Of a stretch of 64,000 nucleotides of DNA, positions 24,453 through 36,484 are shown piece after piece (within the stretch, counting starts at the first letter, position 1; each line of letters starts with the position of its first letter). The notes below the pieces were generated by a model. That model saw only the letters and a program-made list of their open reading frames with translations. It had not been told where the DNA came from and ran no database searches. The stretch lies in contig ML978128.1 in the NCBI GenBank assembly GCA_010015805.1, positions 558,001 to 622,000 of the forward strand. Reading direction: 5' to 3'. Origin of the DNA: Rhizodiscina lignyota. Its lineage: Eukaryota. A program made the translations under genes and the position numbers.

Positions 24453-25127
24453 GATGCTGAAGCGACTGATACTCTAAGCGATGGAGTGTTGAGATGCCCC
24501 TGGGTTGCCCTGCGGGTGGAAAGGTAGGGCAGATGCCCTGAGGATTGATTGAGCGGGCCGCAGTGAGATGCAGCAGCTTCCGCGGCTGATCAAGAAGCGC
24601 GCTTTTGTACTGCGATCGCCAACTGTGGGTCAATACGCTTTATGCACTATCGTGAGATTCAGTGGTGTTGCTGAATGTTTGATTTGTGGTGAGTGCGGTA
24701 TTGTTAACGGAAGCGTGTGAAAGCTCCATGAAAGCGGAGTGAGAGGCAGCAGGTCTGAATGGAGCTTCTCGGACGGGAGTTTCTTTTCTCCGGGACGTGC
24801 ACAGGGATTCGTGTGACGTTGGTGTTGCTTTAGCGCTAGTCTACTCTCTGCCGAGCTCCGATTGGCCAAAGCATTGTATTTCTCTTTTGAATTTCGACGT
24901 CGCGTGCTTCCACTTGTTGAACACGGAAATTTTCAAGATCTCTCAATTCACGTTGTATCATCCAGCGAGAAAAACAACATCGTTCTCGAATTGGTGACAT
25001 ACTTGTCGTTATACGTTTCGTCACGCCTTGTGTGGGCGAGGGCGCATGCGAACACTCCAGTAAACGAGCACTACGACGGAAATGCTGGGCTCCATCAATT
25101 AGCAAGAGCCTCAGACAACAATCATAA

Positions 25128-27376
25128 ATGGCGACTGGCGGACCTGGCGGCGGCGATGAGGAGGACGTCGAACAACAACTGCGCAATTTGATTCTCAGCA
25201 ATCTCCGCGCTCGTGCTTCCAATCCCGAACCGGCAAGAGATCAAAGGATCACTCGGGGAGGACCAGCCCCAAGGGGCCCAAATTATCGGAGACCACAGGA
25301 AGAAGCTGCTGGTAGCCCAGGCTACCCGTCCAATTTTCAAGGCCAGAATCGATCTCATCTCTCCTCCAACTACTCTCAGCAGCCCTCCCTCAATCCGCAA
25401 ACTGACTATTCTGGCCGTGTGGGTCATCTGCAACCACCCAACGCACCAACTTCGAGTCCTCTGAATCAGGCTCATGATGGATTCAGTCCCGCTGGGGTTG
25501 AATTTGGGGAAGACAACGCGCGCCGCTCGTCTTTACCTAACACCAATGCCCGAGCAGCCAATGACCCAAATTCTTTCGCTTATGGCCAGTCCTCTCCAAT
25601 AGATGGTCAACGTATCTCGCACCGACCTGCGCTTTCACTCAACACGCCGAATGCAGAATCACCGCGACCTCCTCCTAGATCCCGCAAACTCTACCAGCCT
25701 CATCAAAATCCTCCGTCAGCGGTAGCCTTCATCGCTCAATGCAAATACCTTGATAAGGTCGCGGAGTTGGAGATTCCCAATATCCAAATGAGCTTCGATG
25801 AATTCACCCAAAAGGACAACTTCCGTGCCATGCTTGAGCATGGCTTCCAGCAGGCGGTAACCAATTATGGCCACCCAGGTTTCCAGATACTCTCACTACA
25901 AGGCTTCGGGAGCTTCACTACTGGTTTCGCTACCAAGGACTCTGACATCGATCTCGCAATTGTGCTGGATACGGATGTCAAGCTTCCCATGGAGAGAAGA
26001 ATTCAGTTGGAGCACGATTTGCCAAGGCTTCTGGAGAAGACGCTTCTTGACGCTGATTTTGGTGCTCGCCTTCTGACTCGGACGCGTGTGCCTATCATCA
26101 AAGTATGTCAACTCCCAACAAAGGAATTGTTGGCTGCTCTTCGAGAAGAGCGGGGCAAGTGGGATGCTTTGCCAGAAGATGAGCAGTATCCTTCGGCGGC
26201 CAGAAAGGGCGAGGAAGACGAAGGAGCGCAGGATGTCAATCACGATGACACCGAGTGGAAGTGGGAGGGCAACAAGGCTCCTCCTTCGGAATTCATCAAA
26301 TCAGGTAACGCCAAGTTAGACGCGTCGTCGCAACCGCATAAGGCTACCAAATCTCCGAATCTCGAAGTGGAACCACGCGAACAACGACAGGTATCATCGT
26401 CAACCGACTCGAAACCGAAGTCTCCTTCGAAATCTCCATCTAAAGCGAAGCCTTTTCTCCGTGAGAGACCAGCTGGACGACTGGACTTTCCCAAGACAGG
26501 CGTTGGCATTCAGGCCGACATCAACTTCACGAATCCTCTTGCTCTTTTCAATACCCAGCTTCTTCGATGCTATTCGATGTGCGATCCACGAGTACAGCCG
26601 ATGGTACTCTTCGTCAAGGCATGGTCAAAGCAGCGCAAAATCAACAGCTCTTACAACGGCACGCTTAGCAGCTATGGCTATGTTCTCATGGTCTTGCACT
26701 TCCTCATACACGTTGCGAACCCGCCAGTACTGCCAAACCTCCAGTTGATGCAGGCATCCAATCCCGAGGGGCCGTGGAATTCCGAACTTCAATGGCGCCG
26801 TCCTGAAGACACTCGAATCGTGGAGGGCTGGGAAGTCCGCTTCTGGCATGATGAGAAGCACATCAATCATCTGGCGCAACAGGGAAGGCTGGGACAGAAC
26901 AAAGAGCCCCTCGGAGTATTGCTGCGCAACTTCTTCCACTACTACGCTACGCAAGGACCCTCGGTTATCAGCCGTGGCTTCTCGTGGGCTCAGAATGTTA
27001 TAAGTATACGGATGCCTACGGGGCTACTTTCGAAGCAGGAGAAGGGCTGGACGGGATTGAAGACTACGATCACGCACGGGGTAAGTCTCTGCATTCACCG
27101 TTATATGTAAAGTTTTATAACAACTAGGAACAGCGAGAAATCAAGCACCGATACTTGTTCGCGGTCGAAGATCCCTTTGAGCTGGATCACAACGTCGCTC
27201 GCACAGTGACACATACCGGCATCGTGGCTATTCGAGACGAGTTCCGACGAGCGTGGCGGATACTGGTTGCTGTAGGAAATGCAGCCTTCCCTCTAGAAGA
27301 GGGATTCTTCGACCCTATGATCGAGACTGTGCCTGACGAGTCTAATGATCAGAGAGCGAACACACCAAAGGAATGA
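25128..27376 (+). CDS. Cid1/Cid13-family non-canonical poly(U)/poly(A) polymerase (TUTase-like)
   Basis: FGSFTTGFATKDSDIDL, TRVPIIK, QADINF, KINSSYNGTLSSYGYVLMVLHFL and AVEDPFELDHNVAR. Intron 27081-27127 (or -27133). Confidence 0.9.
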
Positions 27377-29004
27377 GAGGCTATTTCAAGTGCTGCGAAC
27401 ACTGATACCTCATCGATGGGGGCAAAGCTACCCTCTGCTTAAAACTGCGTTAATTACTTCTTGTACCATTAGATCGTCAGCCTGAGTCTCCGATTTCGGG
27501 ACCCAGCTTTTGCATTCTCAAGGCCTGTTCTGCGTACTACAGCTAGAGTCAACAAGCCTTCTCTTCAACCCCAAGCTTTTCCTAGCCCCAGTCCGCCCAA
27601 AAATAACCCCTCGTGATGCTGTGCACTATAGACTTTCGGGAACGCCGAGAAATAAGAGTCTCGGAGCGTTGCACATAACCGTTACAGTCTTGGTAGTGGC
27701 GGCCTAGGAGAGGCGCGCATCAGCCGCCGCTCCAAGCCATCCTTCTTGTCCCACGTATGCTGCAGCAATTCCAAGGCCGACAACCACTGCATGATCCTCG
27801 TCCGCAGCAAACGGCCAAGAATCGATAATCCGCTGGTTGGTGGGGATTGAGGATGCAAAGAGCTGCGCGGCGTATTGCCCACCGAAGTGAAAGCGTGAGA
27901 TCTGGTGCTCAAGGTTCGACATCCTGGCTGCGGAGACGGTTATGAGCTGGAATAGGCTGGCTATACAGGCTCCGCTCTTTCCTGCCATTTTACGAGTTCT
28001 AGAAGCCTTCATCTTGCCGATCTCGACCAGTTCCTGTGTAGCACAGACGTCGCCTGTCTGAGCCCGGCCTTCGGTATCAAATGGCCCACAATTCAGTCTC
28101 TCCAGGAGATCACCCTCTCGCATTTCCACTCTTTGTGTACAGCCAAGCTCAGCAGCTCGTATCTTCTGTGCCTCAGGCTTTTAACGGAAAGAAGCGCTCC
28201 AATAGACTCGTTAGGGTAAATTTCCCCGCAATTTCTCGTGCCCTGCCTGGTCTTTCATACCCCAGCTTTCCCAGGGTTTCATCGGAAGCAAGTCAGCCAA
28301 CCATGTAACTTGTCTCCTATCGATGCTGGATATGCTGCTTATTGGTTGACTCGCTGGCCACATGCAGGTTTAACAACACAAACCTCTTAAATCAGGAGGC
28401 ATATACTGTGTTACACAGCACCACTGAATGCTTACTGCTACGAGCGCCGGATCGGACTGATTCTGTGATTCTGCTAAGGTATTGTGCAACGAGGGAATTA
28501 CGCCTTATGAGCACACGAGACAATGAACCTTGTTGCGCTACCGTACATCTCAAGGGCTGGTTTTCGTGAAACCCCGTCCCGAGCAAGCAACATGTACGGC
28601 TACAACCGTATCTAAGGGCTCCAGGCTCAGACTATACTCGGCTAAACAACCGGCTTCGGTGAACATCCACTGAGTCGGGTCTGGCAGCCCACGGCGAGCA
28701 GGTGCCATTGGATCTGCGGATTGGCGAAATGATGTACTAGAACGATCGAGGTAGGTAATCCTGCTGAATGCTCGGCGCAGACATGGCCACGCGCAACATC
28801 GGCATGGGTATGGGAATAGTCTGACTCCGTGGTCTCGGGGATGGCCTTAAGATAGGAGAGCCCCCGCCGGATCTGGGGTGGCTTCTTGTATTCTGTTCGA
28901 GTTGAGGATCTTGTAGGCCTCATGGGACATTGAAAGCAAATTACTGAGTGATCATTGAACGAAATTTGGACTCGTCGCGCGGATAGGCGCTGAATTTGTT
29001 CGAG

Positions 29005-30978
29005 ATGTATACCTGTACGGCCTTTCGAAATCCGAAAACATACCTTATATCGCATGCTAACAACAGCCAGTCTACAATGTCTACGCCATTTGCAGCTTTG
29101 CTGCCATTGGTAAGCTTCCTTATGACAAGACCATCGGGAGCATCCTAACAAGATCCAGGCGGTGGCTTGTTCGGTTTCGATATCTCCTCCATGTCAGGTG
29201 TCTTGGGCACCAATGCGTACAAGAATTACTTCAACAATCCCGTGAGCTACCGCCAAGGTGGTATCACGGCTTCTATGCCTGCTGGTTCGCTCGTCGGTGC
29301 TCTGGCCTCCTCCTTCATTGCCGATAGGTTCTCTCGTAAGGCTGCTATCCAGATCTCTTCAATCATCTGGATCGTCGGCGCTATGTAAGCGTCTATTCAG
29401 CGCGCGAATTATCTCAAGTCTGACACGCGACAGCCTCCAAACTGCATCCAACGGCGTGGCACTTCTGTGCGTTGGTCGTGTCGTCGCTGGCCTTTCTATC
29501 GGTATCGCCTCTGCGGTCGTTCCAGTTTATCAGGCAGAAATCGCGCCTAAGGAGATTCGTGGACGTGTCGTGTCTCTCCAGCAATGGGCTATCACTTGGT
29601 AAAGACCCAAGAGCAATTCTTCGCTCAAGATTTAGCTGCTGATGTAGTCAAGGGGCATTCTCATCCAGTATTTCATCCAGTATGGCGCCTCCTTTGCTGG
29701 AGGCGGGCCAAATAATCCCACCCAAGGGTAAGTTGAGCTCCCAAGTCTGCATTGTGCGCATATTAACATTTGTTAGCACTGCCGCATTCCGTATCCCGTG
29801 GGGTGTGCAAATGTTCCCCGGCGTCATCCTTTTCTTCGGCATGTTCTTCTTCCCTTACTCTCCTCGTTGGTTAGCCTCCAGGGATCGGTGGGAAGAGGCC
29901 ATTCGAGTGCTCGCGAACCTACACGGCAAGGGTGATGTGAACCATCCGAAGGTGCTCGCAGAGTACCAGGAAATTGAAGAAGCTCTTCGATTCGAACGCG
30001 AAGAAGCTGTCAGTAGCTTCAAGGCGCTGTTCGAGCCGCGCATCGCTAAGCGTGTCGTTCTTGGTATGAGTATCCAAGCGTGGAGCCAGCTTTGCGGTGT
30101 GAGTACACTTACTCTTCTTCTCCATGACCTAGCAGCGGCTGATGAATCTCTAGATGAACATTATGATGTACTATATTGTGTATATCATGGAGGGTGCAAA
30201 TATCGGAGATCCTCTGCTTACCGCTTCGATCCAGTACATCATCAACGTTGCTCTAACCCTGCCAGCCATTATCTGGCTCGACAAATTTGGTCGTCGCCCG
30301 GCGCTCCTGCTCGGTTCTTTCGGGATGATGACCTTCCTCTTCGTTTCGGGGGGTCTGCAGGGTGCTTATGGCTCACCGAATCCACATACCCCGCCGGACA
30401 ATTTGAAGGATATCTCTTGGATATTGCTGAATCACCGATCTGTTAGTAAGGCTGTCGTCGCAATGTCTTACCTGTTCGTGGCCACATTCGCGACGACTTG
30501 GGGCCCCACCAGCTGGACTTATCCGTCGGAGATTTTCCCGAGCAAGGTCAGAGCCAAGGCAGTCAGTTTGGCGACCGCTAGCAACTGGGCCTGGAATTGC
30601 GCTCTGGCTTTCGCTGTGCCGCCCCTTCTGTGGAGCATTAACTGGAAGATGTACATGTGAGTGTCTCAGAGTCTCTTTCATCCTTGCCGAACATCATGCG
30701 ATAATTCTAACGCCGCCAGGATTTTTGCCGCATTCAATGGTGCAGCGTTCATCCACATGTTCCTCACTGCACCGGAGACCAAGGGAAAGACCCTTGAGGA
30801 GATGGATGAGGTCTTTGACTCTGGTCGTCCCGCCTGGAAGTCCGTGCCCAAAGGAAGTAGGCTCGATAGGCTCCAGGAGGACATTGAGAAGGGTAATCTC
30901 AAGGTTGCTGGGGGCGCACTGGATGCAGTCAGGAACGATTCTGTCGAGGAGCATGTGCATGCTGAGCCAAAGACCTAA
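29005..30978 (+). CDS. MFS sugar porter, HGT1-like high-affinity hexose transporter
   Basis: GGLFGFDISSMS, ADRFSRK, VPVYQAEIAPKEIRG, SPRWL, DKFGRR and PETKGKTLEEMDEVF. About 7 introns. Start inferred as MYT|FYNVYAICSFAAIGG (intron 29015-29070). Confidence 0.92.
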
Positions 30979-32838
30979 GGTTGCACAAGATTGAGCAGAG
31001 TCCATTAAAAGGGATATTATTAGGTCACGTGATATCCGGATACTTGAAGGTATAGTAGAATATGGGCAAGGCTGGCACAAGCGCGGAGAGATCTTCGTGT
31101 AAGAAATTGATAGGTGAATAAGAATGGAAATTTGTAACGATGTCTTGCCTTACACGATGAAGCTCAGCCTTATCGAGTCAACTCTATCGAGTCAAATAGC
31201 TACTCCACGATGGCCAATCAGTGGCTCTTAAGAGGTCAATCTTGACTGGTTGATAGTATTTCTTTGCTCGAACACCTTAGCTGATTGGAAGAATTGCTCG
31301 TTGTTTTTGAGATCGTCGTGGCCACGCTCCTAAAATGTCTGATCTCTATGGCGGTTAGCCAGCCGAAGGAAGCCGTATAAGAAATGCGCCCAAGCGTGGG
31401 GGTGTATATCAACCCTGGAAACAATACTTTACTCAGGGTCTTATATGCGGATCTTAGAAGACATTTACGATCTGAATGGTTTCTCGGGCCTCAAGGTTTG
31501 GATGTTGCTGTCTGACTTGCAGTTGACGGGCGTCAAACAGGGCAGAAGCAAACGGAGATGCTGCCGGCAAGCTACTGCAGCTCTCAAGTCACGGAACAGA
31601 AGGGTTTGCATGCGCCGCGCCATTAGATGCCCAATGACATGTCGCAGATGTGAAATCGCCCAACATGCAGAAACGATGCAGCACACCGCCTCTTACACGT
31701 GCCACTGAGGAATGCTGTTCATCTCAGGCTGTAGAAGACTTAATAGCACAGCTAAGAGCGCTTGTAAAGGATATGGTTCTCGCTTTGTGCAAGAAGAGAC
31801 ATCTGATTCTCAACGAGCGCGGGATGAGGGCGTTCGACCCGCTGACAGGCAGTTTTGCGGCGAAGGAGGACCCCTGCTCGCCAGTAAAAATGGATTGGAG
31901 TCAGCGAAAGCGACGACAAGGACGGGGATCGAAGCGCGATTCACACAAGCGCCAATTGGGCACCTCGGGTTGTCAATCTGGACCAGGAGGAGACTAGACC
32001 GCATCATTCTAATTCTGCCTTCGTTCACAACGTCAGCCTCAAGCGGAATCGAGATGGAGAGGTTCAAGCAGCAGAAGGAGAGGAAATTGCAGTATGAGTC
32101 GAACGGCAGGGCAAACAGAAGACCAGTCATGGACGGGAGGCTTGTATTCGACACAGTCACCACGTGAGACTAGAGCGACAATGTTTGATTCACTAACAGA
32201 AACTCGCGTGCCTTGCTGGCGATTGTCGAGCCACTCTCACCGCCTTGCGCATCCCTGTTCGGGATTAGCGTCGTCCCCGCCGCTCGCCGTAAAAAAGTGC
32301 TTTCCCTCACGCGAACTTTCTCCTCCTCAAGCAACCACTACAGACAACGAAGTCGCAATATACATCAAAATAAGTTACCAGTCAAGCCTTCACCCACCCA
32401 ATCCTCGTCGAGAAACATGTCGCCGACTGCTTCTGAGTTCTAAACTACCGGCCGAGGGGTCCGTATGGGCCTCTCGGTGCGGCCGTTCGCTCAGACGTTC
32501 AACGACTCTACGAAGATAAACAAACTCCCTTGATTGCTCGAAGCAATTTTGCTCGCCATCGGGAAATACTGCCAGGTGCCTGAGAAAAGAGTACCTGCTC
32601 AATCTGCGATCTGTTTCACTGTTTGATCTCAAACATCGACGAATTTTTGCGACTCGAATCCCCCCTCACGGGAGAGCAGGGTCTCAATAACAACAAGTCA
32701 CATTCATTCAATCGTCTAAGGACGATTTCCAATAGAATCCAGCAGAGACCCTCATCCCTCCCGCCCTATCTCCATCTTTCGATACCCCAGACCAATCCTA
32801 TACAGACGACAGCCTTCTCCCACGGTAAATCCGCAACA

Positions 32839-35166
32839 ATGTCGCGCAACACTTCTTCCGAACAGGCCCTCTCGCCAACAACGACCATGGAGTCCAGCAA
32901 CATGGACAGACATGATTCATTCCAACACTCATCTAAGCGCACTTTCAGAGCACGAAGCACTAAAACGACATCGAAGCGCAACGCAAAAAGCAGTGCGAAG
33001 AAGCACGGTAGTCGTGGAGCTGAGGGAGTCTCAGAAGAGGAAGGTGACGCTGCAGATGAAGAAGACAGTAGCGCTGAACAAGATGACAATGAGGACGACG
33101 TCGAAGAGCCAGAGGTTCTTGCCCCGTCCGATCGCATCAAGCCAGCTAAGCACCACTTGAACGCCTCCAAGATGACGAAGCTGAATCGGGCGGGGCGCAT
33201 CAATGGCGGTGATATTGCCAGTAAGAGTAAAAAGAGAACGTTCAGTGATATCAAGAACAACTCTGTTTTGAGTGAGGAAGAGGATACCCGTGACCAAACA
33301 CCTACTGCGTACCCTCGAAAGAAATCGCAACGTCGCCTCAGCAACACCCACGGTTTCCTCACGTACGATGACAACCTACCGGCTTCAAGCCGAGCGCTTC
33401 AAGCGGCAATTGATTCATCATCAGATGATGATGATGTCTACAACGCTGTCGATCTCATCAGTGACTCTGATGATGACGAGAAGTCTATGGAGAAACTCGA
33501 GGAGAAAGCCATTCTCGAGTCTGAGCTCGAAGACCCCATAACCCCACGGGCTAAGGGTGCTGAGAGCGACGACGACAGTGATATTGGGGACATGGATTTC
33601 TCAATGGACCTCAGCACCATGGGTGCCAACAGCTTTTTCGCAGAGCAGATGGACCAGCTGCATGACGACCAGACTCTTCTACTTCTGCGCTATCAGTCGC
33701 CTTCGCCGCAGCCAAGTCCTACGACTAGAAAAGTTCATTTTGCCGATCTCGCCAGCGAAGCCCCTGACTCGAGCGAAACATCGTCTGATACGGCCGAGCT
33801 GCCTGATATTTTCTCTCATGTTACAATGAACTTGCCTATGGTCCAGAGCATACCACGAGTCGATGATAATGATTCTTACTACAGCAACAGCAACAGCGAG
33901 GATGGTTCATACTGGGATTGGAGAGAAGAGGATGCCAGTCAGAACGCTCCAACCGCAAATGATCCACAGCGTCTGACCATGGAATTCTCTGCTATGCCGA
34001 TTCCGGTTACAGATGACGATGAGGCTGGTGCTTCAAGCGGCTATGATTGTATGATGAATTTGTATTCGTTACTGAGTTGATGCTTACCTTTTCAAACAGC
34101 CGACAGCAGCGGTGACACAACGGAGGATGACATGCCTCCCCCACCATCTGTCACCACTCCCAAAGCGACACTTCGATCATACAAACCTCCCGGCCGAAAG
34201 TCTACTTTCAGGCACGCTGGCCGCCCTTCCAGATCGCTCCCAATCCTCGGCCAGTTCGTCCTTGATCGTAGTAAAGCTGTCGCCTACCGTCACAAGTCTA
34301 TGGGAATTGTTGTACATCCTCCCAGAGATCCAAACCATGAGCTTGCACGCTTTTTCCCTCCCAGCGACACAAGTGGTAGTGTCCAGAACAGTCCCCAGAC
34401 CCCCTTCCAGAACTTCAATCCAGAGGATAGCGACTTCAGTGACGTATCTCGCAACCCTTTCTCCGGAACCCTTGACGTTATGTTCAGCGGCATGTTTGGT
34501 GGTGCTTCTAACCAAACCTACAACTTTGGCGGCCAGGTCATTGGTCCGCCCGAGGCCTTCTACCCGTTCAAGTCCATCGACTCTACTGGAAGTGTCTTTG
34601 ATTTAGATGATGGGAGTTATGATGACGACGACGATGACGATGACTACGAAGATCAAATGGATATTCACGATTTCATCCAATTTGGTGGCAGCGAAGATGA
34701 GGATGACGAAGACGTGGGGATGAGCTATGTTGAGACGACTGCAGCCGAAGAGAGCGATGCTTTCAGTCCCACTTCTCCTGCTCCAACAGACGCGTCATCC
34801 GCCATGACACCTTTCCGCGCCAATAGCATCTCGATGTCAGAGATGATGTTGACGCCTGCACCGTCGCAAAGCATGCTCGAACACCTTGATCGCGGATTTG
34901 TCACTTCCTTCCGCAACAACCAAGATCGGGCGAAGCTTCTTTCCAGGCAGCCTCACGGTTCTCTAGCGTATGCTTCAACACCCCAAGCAATTCGCTCTGG
35001 CTACACCGACTCCGTCATTACGCCGATGCGAAAGCAGAAGTCCTCACGAAAGGATGCCGCCAAAATGAAGATGAGTGGCAGCGGTGCTTCCCCTAGCAAG
35101 ATTGGGAAGAAGAGAGACATGAAACCTCCCAGGCGCCCAAAGTTGCCTCCAAGAGGCTTCTTCTGA
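32839..35166 (+). CDS. Acidic low-complexity nuclear protein, possibly an Ifh1/Crf1-like ribosomal-protein gene regulator
   Basis: Two long ORFs joined in frame by intron 34049-34099, giving GYD-S-DSSGDTTEDDMPPPP. Acidic tracts and a basic C-terminus. The family call is inference. Confidence 0.75.
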
Positions 35167-36484
35167 TAATAAAATCTTGTGACAGTGGTGACTGTTTCAT
35201 GATCGAACTCGTTCGCTGGTTTACGACATAATGATACCACGGCCAAAAGTCCCTCACGGGATCGAAAAGTTCGCTTTCCTTTCGTTTTCCCTTGCGATTC
35301 TGATACATAGACGCAGAACTGATGAGAATGGCGGCGTTGCGTCCCACCTCTGATGTGGTGCGTCTGTTTCTTTGCTCTCATTCTCCTTGTGTTACTGAAA
35401 TGCGCTCTTTCACTTCCTGGGATTGGCATCGAAGACAGGCGTAATGGTAATAGCATACGATTTCAAAAGCTTTTTGTCTGTTCGTTGGAGGTGTGCAGAG
35501 TATGAGGGTTGGAAGTGATACCCTGTGCTTCGGCGCCGTAGTGCGGTTTCCTTTGATAATGCATCAAATGATCGTTCTGTTTTGCGTGGGATTTTCTTGC
35601 GCTTGGGTGAAACGCGGAATGGCAATGGGAATGTATGAGTATTCGACCATGTCTTGCAATGAAGAAAAGTTCAGATCACGATTTTACATCCTTCATATCA
35701 ATTATCTGTGCCTGGGAAGGTAGGAACCGTCGTACCTTCCGACCTGACGCTTTAAAGATTGTGAGGCTATCATCGTGAGGTGTGTTTAATATGAATGTTG
35801 TGTGGCACGCCTGTGCACCTCGAGTATCCCTGGAGCGACAGCTTTGGGTAGTGTAGTACCGAATTTTAGGTGGGATGGGTCCCTAGGATTGGTTGGACGG
35901 CGGGCGCCTCTGTGGGGTATGTAGCTCCCGCGAAGGAAAGCATCGCATACCAGCGGCTTAGGAAGTTGAAGCCTAACCATATCGATGTCACGAAAGCTCA
36001 TGTTAGCGCAAGAATTTCTCCTCCGGTTCCACACGCGTGTACAAAGAGTTACATCTCATATGGTTGAGAAGACGGACCCAACTGCTGCACTGTTCACATG
36101 CCCTACACGTATCGTAATTTTACCCTCTGTGCGCAAGCCACTCGCTAGGTACCTGTTCCTGTACCATCCTCTTATCACGGGCTGACAACCGCCGAGAATA
36201 TCCGTGCCGATATCGAACCATTGAAATCTAAAACCCACTCACCGCAACGAACGCCGCCCGACTTCGCCCCAAGCTTGCCCCGGGCAAGAATATCTCCTGG
36301 ATCATTCATTTGGGAGATCTATACTCCTCATAGCTTTGTCTTCGGTCAATTGACGCCGCAGCACCGCACAATTGTATCGATTGTTTAACTTTATTAGACG
36401 AATAGCTCCAAACCACGCCGCCTCACTGTCATTCATCGAGTTCGACGTTCACACCTGAGAGCGTACCTGTGGGGGCGAGGGGAG

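Noticed and set aside
27682..28600. ORFs between the nucleotidyltransferase and the sugar transporter
   Set aside because: No recognisable domain or codon bias. More likely promoter DNA, with a few short CreA-like SYGGRG motifs too common to call.
31236..32632. Several 60-150 aa ORFs upstream of the acidic protein gene
   Set aside because: They overlap one another with no homology cues or consistent splice pattern.
35310..35405. C/D snoRNA-like TGATGA...CTGA arrangement
   Set aside because: The C box is imperfect, the terminal stem is offset, and I recognise no rRNA-complementary guide. It lies in a probable 3'UTR.
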